A stretch of 25,314 bases of DNA. Origin: a virus (taxonomy: Duplodnaviria > Caudoviricetes). The stretch is taken from IMG/VR virus record IMGVR_UViG_3300005512_000299, positions 1 through 25,314 of that record; one strand, written 5' to 3'. Shown here piece by piece: positions 15,746 to 24,813 of the stretch. Numbering within the stretch: the stretch's first letter is position 1; every line of letters starts with the position of its first letter. Made by a program: the position numbers and the translations under genes. The notes beneath the pieces were generated by a model. The model saw nothing but the letters and a program-made list of their open reading frames with translations. It had not been told where the DNA came from and did no database searches.

Positions 15746-17280
15746 GAAGTCTTTTAATTAGTCTAATGCTTGCGGCTTCTGTTTTGGGTGCCGGTGGTGA
15801 CACGCTTGTCTTTGACTCAACGTACATCAATTTTGCAGACGGGGATACGTTTTTTGTTGACCAGAACTACAAACCCCCACATGACTCGGTACAGGCTATT
15901 ATTAATGGCCGGTTGGGTGATGTGAACCTTGCCACGGATGCTGAGATAGACGCTTCCAAGATTGACACCACAAGCATTTTAACCGTGCAGAAGGCCGCAA
16001 TAGACACTATAACTCGGTGTGATTCTGCCAAAATAGACACGGTTGAGCTTGTAAAAATTAAGGGCAACCCGGACGTTGACAGCCTTGCCGGGAATATTGT
16101 TATTGATAGTCTTTCGGGAAACCCCACAATTGACTCTGCATCTATTGGCTATTGTGACATCGGGGGTGATTTTCTTTTTGCCGGTGGGACGCAGGATTAT
16201 TTGGTGACTTACGAGGGGGCAAAAAGCCTTGCCATCCAAAGCCAAACAATAAACACAGACTTTCAGATTGAATTTTTTCCGTATGGGCCGTCGGGGACAG
16301 CAGACGGCACTGACGACAACAGGCTGATATTTTATGGCGTGGGTTCACCTTCCGACATCACAGACAGAGAGCGCTTGACGGTATCATACGAGAGCGGAAA
16401 TACAGATTTTGAGATTTACACCGAAGCAGCCGGCACTGGCACACTCAGGCCACTTGTACTATACACCGAAGGCAATGCCAACCAATTACACCTTGCAACC
16501 GATGGAAGTGTTGGAATAGGAACAGCAACAACGAACGGATATCCGCTTCGCGTTGCCTCTGGAAATATTGTTCTTGACAACACGCGCGGGGTGCTTGCGT
16601 ATAATGCAGCTGGAAACGCCGTGAATGGCGGTTTTCAGTATACCGGAACCGACGACCTTCAACTGTGGGCTGGTGGTCAGTATAGGGTAACTGTTGACAA
16701 GTTGGGGTTTGTTGGAATAAACGAGCCATCACCATCCAAAATGCTAGACGTTGACGGCTCGATTAACGTTACAGACACCATTTTTGCTGGAACCTACGAT
16801 TTTAGCGGCTCAGATATTACTTTGGACACGCTTGTAGCCTCAAGGGTTCGGGCTGATTCAATTATAGGCGTTGATTACATTGACTCTGTTTCTTTTGGTG
16901 ATGAGCCTTTGAAGGTTTATGATGAGGGTTCATTTACTGGAACGCTTCAGGGTTGTGCAACAGCCCCAACGATTTCTATTAAATACACAATAATAGGCAA
17001 CATTGCAACTTTGTATTATCCGAGCACAATAGCAGCTTCTGACTCTGCTGGGTTCGCTATTACAGGTCTACCTGCTGCACTACAGCCAACGGGGGCGGCT
17101 ATATACAATGCGGTAATAGCTTATGATAACGGTGGTCAGGTTGGGGCGTTTGCCCTGCTTTCAAACGGTTCTGGCTCAATACGCTTTTTGATTGGCTGTG
17201 ACTCGCCAAACGTTTCGGGTTGGACGACAAGCGGAAACAAGGGCGTTGACGGTGGCGCGATAACATACGGGTTAGATTAA
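15742..17280 (+). CDS. tail fibre-like protein carrying an N-terminal Sec signal peptide
   Basis: MRSLLISLMLAASVLG|A. Fibre-type motifs GSVGIGT and GFVGINEPSPSKMLDVDG, and C-terminal YDEGSFTGTL...YTIIGNIATL. 15 D[ST][AILVMT] sites. Confidence 0.7.
   Translation: MRSLLISLMLAASVLGAGGDTLVFDSTYINFADGDTFFVDQNYKPPHDSVQAIINGRLGDVNLATDAEIDASKIDTTSILTVQKAAIDTITRCDSAKIDTVELVKIKGNPDVDSLAGNIVIDSLSGNPTIDSASIGYCDIGGDFLFAGGTQDYLVTYEGAKSLAIQSQTINTDFQIEFFPYGPSGTADGTDDNRLIFYGVGSPSDITDRERLTVSYESGNTDFEIYTEAAGTGTLRPLVLYTEGNANQLHLATDGSVGIGTATTNGYPLRVASGNIVLDNTRGVLAYNAAGNAVNGGFQYTGTDDLQLWAGGQYRVTVDKLGFVGINEPSPSKMLDVDGSINVTDTIFAGTYDFSGSDITLDTLVASRVRADSIIGVDYIDSVSFGDEPLKVYDEGSFTGTLQGCATAPTISIKYTIIGNIATLYYPSTIAASDSAGFAITGLPAALQPTGAAIYNAVIAYDNGGQVGAFALLSNGSGSIRFLIGCDSPNVSGWTTSGNKGVDGGAITYGLD
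16060..16140 (+). repeat. three tandem 9-aa repeats in the tail fibre
   Basis: KGNPDVDSL / AGNIVIDSL / SGNPTIDSA, each ending in a D-S-(L/A) sequon. Confidence 0.7.
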
Positions 17281-17552
17281 TGATAAACCATGCAACAGAA
17301 GTAACAAGCGACGTCCGGGCTGATGGAGATATCGGCGGGGTTGTTGTTTCTCTTACGACCGGAAGCGATACGGTAGCGTCTCAGGACAGGCACAGATTTA
17401 CGATAGAGCATGGATTAAAAAGGGTTCCAGTTGGTGTTCAGGTGATTTATTCAGACAATTACGTAAAAATGAAAACAATAAGCCGTGATATAAACCAAGT
17501 AATAGTTCAATTTGATACGGCAGAAGTTGAAGTCAATCTAAGGATTTGGTAA
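17280..17552 (+). CDS. small beta-rich tail-associated protein
   Basis: 90 aa; the FTIEHGLKRVP motif (HxLGxxP-like) is common in small phage tail proteins. Confidence 0.6.
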   Translation: MINHATEVTSDVRADGDIGGVVVSLTTGSDTVASQDRHRFTIEHGLKRVPVGVQVIYSDNYVKMKTISRDINQVIVQFDTAEVEVNLRIW

Positions 17553-19592
17553 ATGGCAACTAATACGATTTTTGAAACGCCGACATTTCGTGAAGACGAC
17601 GAAGAACTGTTCCCCGGTCAGGATGTTGCTGCACCCACTAAACCAGCAACTCAGCCGACAACTCTTCCGGGGCAGACTGCACCAAGCGGAACTGATGCAA
17701 TAAACACGCTTGAGGCAAATGTTCCAACGGGTCTTCCGGGGGCGGCTCCGTTTGACATCAACCAGAGCGAGCTTTTAAAGCAGTCTAGGAATGTCGCTTC
17801 TCAGCAGCTTTCAGGTAATGTTCCGGGGCTTACTGAATCCGAAGCCATGCAGAGAGAGGCGTTTAAGACCGGCCAGCAGCAACAGGAAGCCGCACAAAGA
17901 GAGGCGCTTCTTGGGGCTGGTTTGGCTGATTCAGGGCAGAGGTTGGGCTTTGAAGTCCAGACCCCAGCGGAGCAGGAAAGACAGCGCCAGCAGTTTGAAC
18001 GTGGGCTTTCTGCCAATCGTGGACAGCTTCAGATGCAACAGCAACAGGCCGGACAGCAGGCGGCGCTTGGTCTTGGCGGGATTGGAATTGAAGAGTCAAA
18101 AATATCACAATCAGACCGTCAGTTCTTTGCTTCTCTTGGGCAGGACGCAGACCAGTTCTACGCCGACCTTGGTTTTAGAGACAAAGAGCTTATACAGCGC
18201 GGCGACCTAACGCTTACCGAGCTCGCACAGAATAAAGAGCTTTTCTTTGCAGACCTTGGGTTTCAGGAGAGAGCACTTGCACAAGACGCGTCACAGTTTA
18301 CGTCTCGGATGGAGTTTGACCGCTGGGCAGAAGAAAACAAGTTGTCCGAAGCAGAGAAAAATCGCCTTTGGAATGCCACGCAGAACGAGCGGAAACTTGC
18401 AAATGCTGTTGAGCTTGCCCAGATGCAGGTGGACTTTGAAACGTGGAAGCAGGGTCGGGTTGAGGAGTTGACCGCAAGGGGGTGGGACCAAGAAGCCGCC
18501 CTTCAGAAGTCACAGCAAGAACACGACTCTCTTATGGCGAATCTTGACCGGGAACTACAGAGGGAGGTCGAAGACGGAAGGTTGACCCTTGCCGAGAAAG
18601 AACTTGCACAGCAGGCCACACAATTTACTGACCAGCTATCCTTTGAGGAGTGGGCTGTAAGCCAAAACATTGCGGCTGACGGCGCGGCAAGGGCTTGGCA
18701 GGCTTCACAGAATGCGGCCGACAGGTCTCAGCAGATAACGCTTGCAAACCTTGATTATCAACTTGGCCTTCAGGGCTTAAGTCTTCAGGAAACTCAAATA
18801 GCCAATCAGGCTGCACAGTTTGCCGACCAACTTGGATGGGAGCAGGAAGCCTTTAGGCTTGGGCTGGATGAAAAAGACGCCCAGAGACTTTGGGAAGAAG
18901 GCCAGAACGCACTTACTAGGGCGCATGAAGCAAGCATGGAGGCGCTTGATAGGGAACTTCAGAAACAGGGTCTTAATCTCACTGCTATATTGGGCTCGCT
19001 TGATTTTCTACCAGAAGAACAGGTTGGACAGGTTATCGAGCAACTTGCACTTGATGCGGGTATGACTTGGACAGACGAAAACGGAGAAACACAGCAAGGG
19101 CTTCAGCCACCTTCTCGCAACGCACAGCGGACAGCTGTTGCCCAGGATATTTCTTCAAACATTATAAACGGTGGTATTATATCTGAAGGACAACTTCAAG
19201 TCCTACTTGGATATATTAGCGAGGACGCTGTTGATGCAGGGATAAACCTCACCCACTCTTCGAACGGTATTGAAGGCATGGGTTCAACTCTCAGATACAC
19301 GACAACCGGAGAAAACAGGTGGGTTGTCAATGACTCTGCGAAAGCCTGGGCAGAACAAAACACAGGGCAACTTTATGCCGCTAGCAATGGAGATGTTTAT
19401 CAGGTTATGGGGGTTGCTGATGATAGTGATGAAAGAGGCGATGCGCAGGGCATTTTATTCAGAAATGTTGTTACCGGAGAGACGGTTGAATATTATAAAC
19501 CAAACTCAGGCAGCAACTTGAGCACTAAGTATTTTCCTGAGGCGGAAGGTTCCCCGGAACCAATTACCCTAAATGATGCAAGAATGGTTTAA
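17553..19592 (+). CDS. putative internal virion / ejection protein with helical repeats
   Basis: 679 aa Q/A/E-rich helical protein with internal repeats, at the podoviral ejection-gene position. Confidence 0.6.
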   Translation: MATNTIFETPTFREDDEELFPGQDVAAPTKPATQPTTLPGQTAPSGTDAINTLEANVPTGLPGAAPFDINQSELLKQSRNVASQQLSGNVPGLTESEAMQREAFKTGQQQQEAAQREALLGAGLADSGQRLGFEVQTPAEQERQRQQFERGLSANRGQLQMQQQQAGQQAALGLGGIGIEESKISQSDRQFFASLGQDADQFYADLGFRDKELIQRGDLTLTELAQNKELFFADLGFQERALAQDASQFTSRMEFDRWAEENKLSEAEKNRLWNATQNERKLANAVELAQMQVDFETWKQGRVEELTARGWDQEAALQKSQQEHDSLMANLDRELQREVEDGRLTLAEKELAQQATQFTDQLSFEEWAVSQNIAADGAARAWQASQNAADRSQQITLANLDYQLGLQGLSLQETQIANQAAQFADQLGWEQEAFRLGLDEKDAQRLWEEGQNALTRAHEASMEALDRELQKQGLNLTAILGSLDFLPEEQVGQVIEQLALDAGMTWTDENGETQQGLQPPSRNAQRTAVAQDISSNIINGGIISEGQLQVLLGYISEDAVDAGINLTHSSNGIEGMGSTLRYTTTGENRWVVNDSAKAWAEQNTGQLYAASNGDVYQVMGVADDSDERGDAQGILFRNVVTGETVEYYKPNSGSNLSTKYFPEAEGSPEPITLNDARMV

Positions 19593-19611
19593 ATAACCGT
19601 AGGAGAAAAAA

Positions 19612-19857
19612 ATGTCATCAGCTAGTGGTGTAAGTTCAATTATAAGCGCTGTGACTGATTCTGCAGACACAACATCTGATAATTTTTCAGACCTTGTTAC
19701 GTTCGCAGAGGAAAAGCGGCAATTTGATAAAACCTACGGGTTGCAACAGGATATGTTTGACCTTGAAAAAATGCTAAAACTTGCCGAGGAGCGGCGCAAG
19801 GTTGCAGAGGAAACCCGCATGCGAAACATACGCAATTATCTTGCAAGGATAAAATAA
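19612..19857 (+). CDS. small putative internal virion protein
   Basis: 81 aa, AGGAG RBS, S/A-rich N-terminus followed by a coiled coil. Confidence 0.6.
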   Translation: MSSASGVSSIISAVTDSADTTSDNFSDLVTFAEEKRQFDKTYGLQQDMFDLEKMLKLAEERRKVAEETRMRNIRNYLARIK

Positions 19858-21044
19858 TGGGCATGTCATCAAGAAGTGCAAGCAGAAACGCAAGGCGAAC
19901 TGACGAACTCGACAGAGGGTTGGTTTTTGAGTATGGGCCAGAGGCCGCTGCAAAAGAGAGGCAAAGGCAGTTGGAGCAACAGGCCCGCGACATGGTTAGA
20001 GCATCAAGGTCAAATGTTCCATCAACACAGGGTTCGTTTGGAAGTTCTTCCGGTGGTCTTGCAAACCTAAACAGCATACTTGAACAAAACCGCTCGCAGG
20101 GTGGCCTTTCAAGTGTTCCAACTGCTCCTGCAAGCGGGCCAGCAGAGACACTTTCCCAGATAAGCGCCGGTGATTTACTGTCAAGGCCCGAGTTTCAGGC
20201 CGGTGGTCAGTACAGGGACACAAAGGTATTTGAAGAGCTACAGGGCGAGCAGGCCATGTCAAAGGAAGATGAACTTGCAAAGGGGCTACAGCAGCTTTTT
20301 GACAAGCACGGATCCGACAGTGATTTTAGGGCAGACCTTGGGAGACTTTTGACAAACGTGGGCCTTACCGGAGAAGCGCTAAAGCAGGCTGGTGAGTTTG
20401 CCGGTGTTTCAGAAAGTATAGATGCGGAGGAAAGAAAGGCGAAGGCAGATTTAAGCAAAGCGACATCGCTTAAAATGCTTGATTCAGAGCTTGAAAAGGC
20501 AAAGTTTGACCCCAACAGGCCGCTTGAAACCACAATAACAGAGGACAATAGGGGTGTTTGGAAGGATTTGTCTGGGATGTATGACAAAAACACAACAGAG
20601 CACCGGCAGGCTATTTCACAGATTGACAGGCTTGGGTCTCTTCTTGATGAGGCTTCTGGAGCCGGTGATATTGCTGCAATATTCACGTTTATGAAAGCTC
20701 TTGACCCGCGTTCGGTTGTTAGGGAATCGGAGTTTCAACTTCCTACAGGTGCTGGAGGTGTGGTTGACCGTGCCTTGAATACTGTTGACCGCTGGAAGAA
20801 GGGTCAGCTTCTTGGTGATGTTGCCAGAAGAGACATTGCACTCGCGGCCGAAGAACTAAGAACGTACTACATGGGTGCTATTAATGCCGCAAATTCAAGG
20901 TTTAAATATTTGTCAGAAAGGGCACGCCTTGACCCAACGTTGATAATTGACCCAACAGCCACAGGGACGGGTAAAAGTGTAGCTATTCCAGAGAAAAAAG
21001 ACGGATTTTCAACACCAACAGGTAACTCTTTTACAATTGAGTAG
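19857..21044 (+). CDS. putative ejection / DNA transfer protein
   Basis: 395 aa helical protein with a GDIAAIFTFMKALDPRSVVRESEF segment of the kind seen in podoviral internal proteins. Confidence 0.6.
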   Translation: MGMSSRSASRNARRTDELDRGLVFEYGPEAAAKERQRQLEQQARDMVRASRSNVPSTQGSFGSSSGGLANLNSILEQNRSQGGLSSVPTAPASGPAETLSQISAGDLLSRPEFQAGGQYRDTKVFEELQGEQAMSKEDELAKGLQQLFDKHGSDSDFRADLGRLLTNVGLTGEALKQAGEFAGVSESIDAEERKAKADLSKATSLKMLDSELEKAKFDPNRPLETTITEDNRGVWKDLSGMYDKNTTEHRQAISQIDRLGSLLDEASGAGDIAAIFTFMKALDPRSVVRESEFQLPTGAGGVVDRALNTVDRWKKGQLLGDVARRDIALAAEELRTYYMGAINAANSRFKYLSERARLDPTLIIDPTATGTGKSVAIPEKKDGFSTPTGNSFTIE

Positions 21045-21047
21045 AAA

Positions 21048-22586
21048 ATGCCAGTAACAAAAAACATAGACGGCAGACGGGTAACGTTTCAAAGCGACCC
21101 GACCCCAGAAGACATACAGGCCGCAAGAGACCAAATATCCAAAATGGGGCAACAGGGCGAGGAAAAACCTTCCCTTATGTCTCAGCTTGGCGAGAGGGGA
21201 ACAAGGATAAAAGAGGCCGTTACTGGTGGCGGGGACTTCGAGCAAAAAACAGACAGCCCCATAGACAAGGCGGGTGAGGTTGTTGAGCGTGGCCTTGAGG
21301 TTACGGGGCAGATTGGTGGAGCTGTTGGAGATGTTGTTGGCGCAGGGCTTAAAAAGGGTGGAGAGGCCATTTCTGCACTTACGCCTGAGTTTATCAAGAA
21401 GAGCGACAACCCGCTTATATCAACCTCTGCGGCGTTTGAGAAGATTGGCAACATAAAGACCCCTGAAGGCTCGACAATTTCAGAGGCTCTTGCTGAGACC
21501 GCCCAATTTGCCAGTAAGGCATGGAACCAACTTGATGACCGCGAAAAGCGCATTTTAACAAATATAGCAAACACCCTTGACGTTCTTCCTGCCTCTGCTT
21601 TTGGCGCTAAAGCTGGCGGAGAAGCACTTGAGAAGGCCGGAACCAAGGCCGTGAGTGGCGCGCTAAAGGTGACCAACAAACAGGCAAGACAGGCCGGAAA
21701 GACCCTTATAGAGGGTATAGAGAAGATAAGCGACGATGTTGCACGCCTTGGCGTACAATCCCCTACTGGTGGGTTTCAGGGCATATCTGACAACGCTGTG
21801 AAAAAGATTTCAACACTCCGCAACCAAGCGGATGACATGGTTGCAAAGGCTGTTGCAAAAAGTCCGGGGAAAACCGTTGACTTGGAAGATGTTTTCTCTT
21901 CTTATATAGACGAAATCCAGCGCGGTGACATTCACGGGGTGTTCTTGGGCAAACAGCGGGAATCGGCATCTGAGCTTGCAAGTAATATCCTTGAGGCGCT
22001 TGAAAACAAGGGCTTTGTTGGAGAAATACCAATTGAAAGGCTCCCTGAACTCAAGAGAACCCTAAACGAGGGGCTTGACCTCTTTGCACAGGGCAACCTG
22101 AACATTGCAGACGAGAAGATTGCCAAGAGAATAGGTGACATTGCTTATTTAAAACTTGCAGACAGGCTAAACGAGGCCGTTCCTGGTCTGAAGAACATCA
22201 ACAGGGATATACACGACCTTATTGTTCTCAGAGACGCAATGGACGAGGGCGCTGCTAGATATGCCAAAAACAAGCAGATTAATGCCTTTGACCTCCTTAT
22301 GATAGGTGGTGGAATTGCGGGTGGTGCTCCTGCCGGCAGCGTTCCCGTGTCTCTGTCTGGTGTCGGCCTTGTTGGCGCAAGAAAGGCTCTTGGTGGTGGT
22401 CGTGGGCCATCTATGGCAATATCTGCTGGTAAGGCTGCTCAACAGGTGCCGGACGTTTCTGCGTTGGCAGGTTTAACCGGCCTTGGTGCGCAGCAGGGAC
22501 AAAGACAACTTGGAACAACCGTAACGGTGCCAGAAGAGGAAAGACGGCGCGTAGAGTCTCTTTCGGGGCTTAAACTAAGGCGATGA
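21048..22586 (+). CDS. putative ejection / DNA transfer protein
   Basis: 512 aa A/G/K-rich helical protein with Gly-rich hydrophobic segments. Confidence 0.6.
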   Translation: MPVTKNIDGRRVTFQSDPTPEDIQAARDQISKMGQQGEEKPSLMSQLGERGTRIKEAVTGGGDFEQKTDSPIDKAGEVVERGLEVTGQIGGAVGDVVGAGLKKGGEAISALTPEFIKKSDNPLISTSAAFEKIGNIKTPEGSTISEALAETAQFASKAWNQLDDREKRILTNIANTLDVLPASAFGAKAGGEALEKAGTKAVSGALKVTNKQARQAGKTLIEGIEKISDDVARLGVQSPTGGFQGISDNAVKKISTLRNQADDMVAKAVAKSPGKTVDLEDVFSSYIDEIQRGDIHGVFLGKQRESASELASNILEALENKGFVGEIPIERLPELKRTLNEGLDLFAQGNLNIADEKIAKRIGDIAYLKLADRLNEAVPGLKNINRDIHDLIVLRDAMDEGAARYAKNKQINAFDLLMIGGGIAGGAPAGSVPVSLSGVGLVGARKALGGGRGPSMAISAGKAAQQVPDVSALAGLTGLGAQQGQRQLGTTVTVPEEERRRVESLSGLKLRR

Positions 22587-23020
22587 GAAGCCAATTTGTA
22601 AACAAGGCATTTGAGTGCATAGGGCTACCGTATATCTGGGGTGGTAATACTCCGCATATAGGGTTTGACTGTTCGGGGTTTGTATGTCATTGTCTCAGGT
22701 CAACGCCAAAATACTCAAAGATACCTGATTTGTCGGCTCAAGGTTTGGCAGACTTTTTCCACCGGGAAAAGACGCTGATTACCCGCCCCGGTGTGCTGTA
22801 CTTTTATGGGGACTCTTGTGATAACATAAATCATGTAATGGCAGTATTGAGGATGTGGGGCGCTGGGGGTTCATTAATTGGGGCAAGGGGTGGAAACAGC
22901 CAGACCAAGACGGCTTCAGATGCAATGAGGGACAGGGCAATGGTTGACGTAGTTACTCTGGATTACTGGAAGTCAAAGCTATTGTTTATGCGCGACCCGT
23001 GGAGAACTGATGAAAGCTGA
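22583..23020 (+). CDS. NlpC/P60 family cysteine peptidase (candidate endolysin)
   Basis: IGLPYIWGG...GFDCSGFV with the catalytic Cys and a downstream His (INHV). Confidence 0.88.
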   Translation: MRSQFVNKAFECIGLPYIWGGNTPHIGFDCSGFVCHCLRSTPKYSKIPDLSAQGLADFFHREKTLITRPGVLYFYGDSCDNINHVMAVLRMWGAGGSLIGARGGNSQTKTASDAMRDRAMVDVVTLDYWKSKLLFMRDPWRTDES

Positions 23021-23456
23021 CTTTTACGGAACCATTGATGTGAGGCCCATAGACGGGCGTGTGTGGGAATATCAGGGCGAATGGGGTATAGTGGTCTCTA
23101 CAAAGAAAACGATCCTCAAGCGAAGGATAGAGCCATTTGAGGGGTTTCGGTGCGACCTTTGCTCCATTCCGAGAATAGCGTGGAGACTCATAGGCCCGCC
23201 TGCTGGATTTAGCAAGAAAAGCAACTACTTAGCTGCTGGTGTGATTCACGATTTATTGTATGTTTTTGGGACAGAACCGGGGTTGTATCACTGTTCAAGG
23301 AAGTATGCAGACGATGTGTTTTTGGCGTGTTTAAAGGATTTGGGTGTGTCTAAGTGGCGCAGGGCAATGATGTACTCATGTGTGAGGGTTTTTGGTGGGA
23401 GATACTTCGGTGACAAAGAACGGCTTTCAAAGCTCAGAGGGGTTGATTATGAGTAA
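23010..23456 (+). CDS. DUF1353 family protein
   Basis: GFRCDLCSIPR...AAGVIHDLLY...RKYADDVF...GVSKWRRAMMYSCVRVFGG. Confidence 0.85.
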   Translation: MKADFYGTIDVRPIDGRVWEYQGEWGIVVSTKKTILKRRIEPFEGFRCDLCSIPRIAWRLIGPPAGFSKKSNYLAAGVIHDLLYVFGTEPGLYHCSRKYADDVFLACLKDLGVSKWRRAMMYSCVRVFGGRYFGDKERLSKLRGVDYE

Positions 23457-23643
23457 GTTTATGAAATGGTTTGACGGGAAAAAAACAGCGCTGGCCTCTG
23501 CATACTGGCTTTTTACCATGCAGATACTTCCGGTGTGGTTTCCTAACGGAACCCCCGAAGACATAAATAAGGCGTTAATAACCCTGGGTGCCGTTTTAAC
23601 ATACATCGGGCTGGGACATAAAGCCATGAAGGGAATGAAATGA
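23449..23643 (+). CDS. putative holin
   Basis: 64 aa from ATG 23449: WFDGKKT, two hydrophobic segments, and GLGHK with a basic tail. Confidence 0.6.
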   Translation: MSKFMKWFDGKKTALASAYWLFTMQILPVWFPNGTPEDINKALITLGAVLTYIGLGHKAMKGMK

Positions 23644-24125
23644 AACGGATATTGGTTATAGTAACATGTGGGATGTTATTGTTTGGGTGCTCTAAAAAGG
23701 TTATAAAGGGGATAGACTCACTAGACAAGAAAATGGAAGATGTAATTGTGGGAAATCACCCGAAACCGGTAATATTTCCCGATGCAGATTTCGCCAGTGC
23801 TATTGAGGAGATACGCTCGGTGGTGGTGTATTTCGACCTTGATTCTGATGAAATACAGCCTATGTCTGTGGCTCTTCTTGAAGGGTTTTTGGAAGAGAAC
23901 CACGGAAAGGCAATGGTCTTTGAGGGCCACGCCTGCCCGCTGGGTGAGGATGGGTACAATGCAGACCTTTCCAGGAGACGCGCTGAAAGGGCCAGAAACA
24001 GCATTATAGGCGCAATTGATAAATGGGGTAGCTCTATAGTGGCTTATGGAGAAAGCAAGCCTGTGACGCTTAATGGGGCCGAATACGCAAAAAACAGACG
24101 GGTTGAAATAAAAATAAAGGACTGA
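23640..24125 (+). CDS. OmpA/Pal-like peptidoglycan-binding lipoprotein
   Basis: Lipobox LLFG|C; OmpA C-terminal domain motifs VYFDLDS, EGHAC..G...YN..LS.RRA, YGESKP and NRRVEI. Confidence 0.88.
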   Translation: MKRILVIVTCGMLLFGCSKKVIKGIDSLDKKMEDVIVGNHPKPVIFPDADFASAIEEIRSVVVYFDLDSDEIQPMSVALLEGFLEENHGKAMVFEGHACPLGEDGYNADLSRRRAERARNSIIGAIDKWGSSIVAYGESKPVTLNGAEYAKNRRVEIKIKD

Positions 24126-24127
24126 CG

Positions 24128-24385
24128 ATGAGAAGGCGAAGCACTGACAAAATCACACTAAAAACAGCGCTTACTATTGTTGTTTTGGGTGGTACGTGTA
24201 TAGGTTTTTTGTGGGCTGCTGCAACACCGTACATTGACGCTCGGATTGATGAAAAACTTGAGCCGGTGCATGATGCCTTACTTTATCAGAACTCGATTAT
24301 GATGGTGACGCTCGATTCTCTTCATTTGCAGAAAGCAGAAGAGATGTACAGGGCGTTAAAAAGAAGTTCGGGAATGCACAAATGA
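24128..24385 (+). CDS. membrane-anchored protein (lysis accessory-like)
   Basis: Basic RRRSTD N-terminus, one TM helix, helical C-terminus containing a DSL sequon. Confidence 0.6.
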   Translation: MRRRSTDKITLKTALTIVVLGGTCIGFLWAAATPYIDARIDEKLEPVHDALLYQNSIMMVTLDSLHLQKAEEMYRALKRSSGMHK

Positions 24386-24813
24386 ATCTCCCAACCAGAC
24401 CATTTGGATTGGTGCTGGCTTTTGCTAAGACAAAAGAAGAGCCAATGCGGTCTTTTAGGCTGTACCGAAAGCCCTCGATTGTGCGGGTAGAGTTTCTTTT
24501 CCCGAACAATAAGAGGTTTGGGGATTTTAACGGAAAGATGGACTATTTGAGGGGAGAGTATGACCCAAAGTATGATTGGATTCTAGTTTCAGTTAAGGGA
24601 TACGACACCCAAGAGAAGATGAACGAGTTTAGGGAGAAGTTGTATTCCGAAACGGGAATATCTGCAATATACGGAATCAACTGGCTTTTCTGGAAGAAGA
24701 GAAAGAACCTGACAAAACTTTGCCTTGGTGTATTAGGGGAGAAGAAAACCTCTGCACAGAAGGCGTATGAAAAAGCAATTGAAAATGGTGGTAAAATAAT
24801 ATGGCCGAAATAA
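24382..24813 (+). CDS. hypothetical protein
   Basis: 143 aa with ATGA overlap. Confidence 0.6.
   Translation: MNLPTRPFGLVLAFAKTKEEPMRSFRLYRKPSIVRVEFLFPNNKRFGDFNGKMDYLRGEYDPKYDWILVSVKGYDTQEKMNEFREKLYSETGISAIYGINWLFWKKRKNLTKLCLGVLGEKKTSAQKAYEKAIENGGKIIWPK

Noticed and set aside
20207-21679. Long minus-strand ORFs (159 aa and 165 aa)
   Set aside because: They are antisense shadows of the ejection-type genes.
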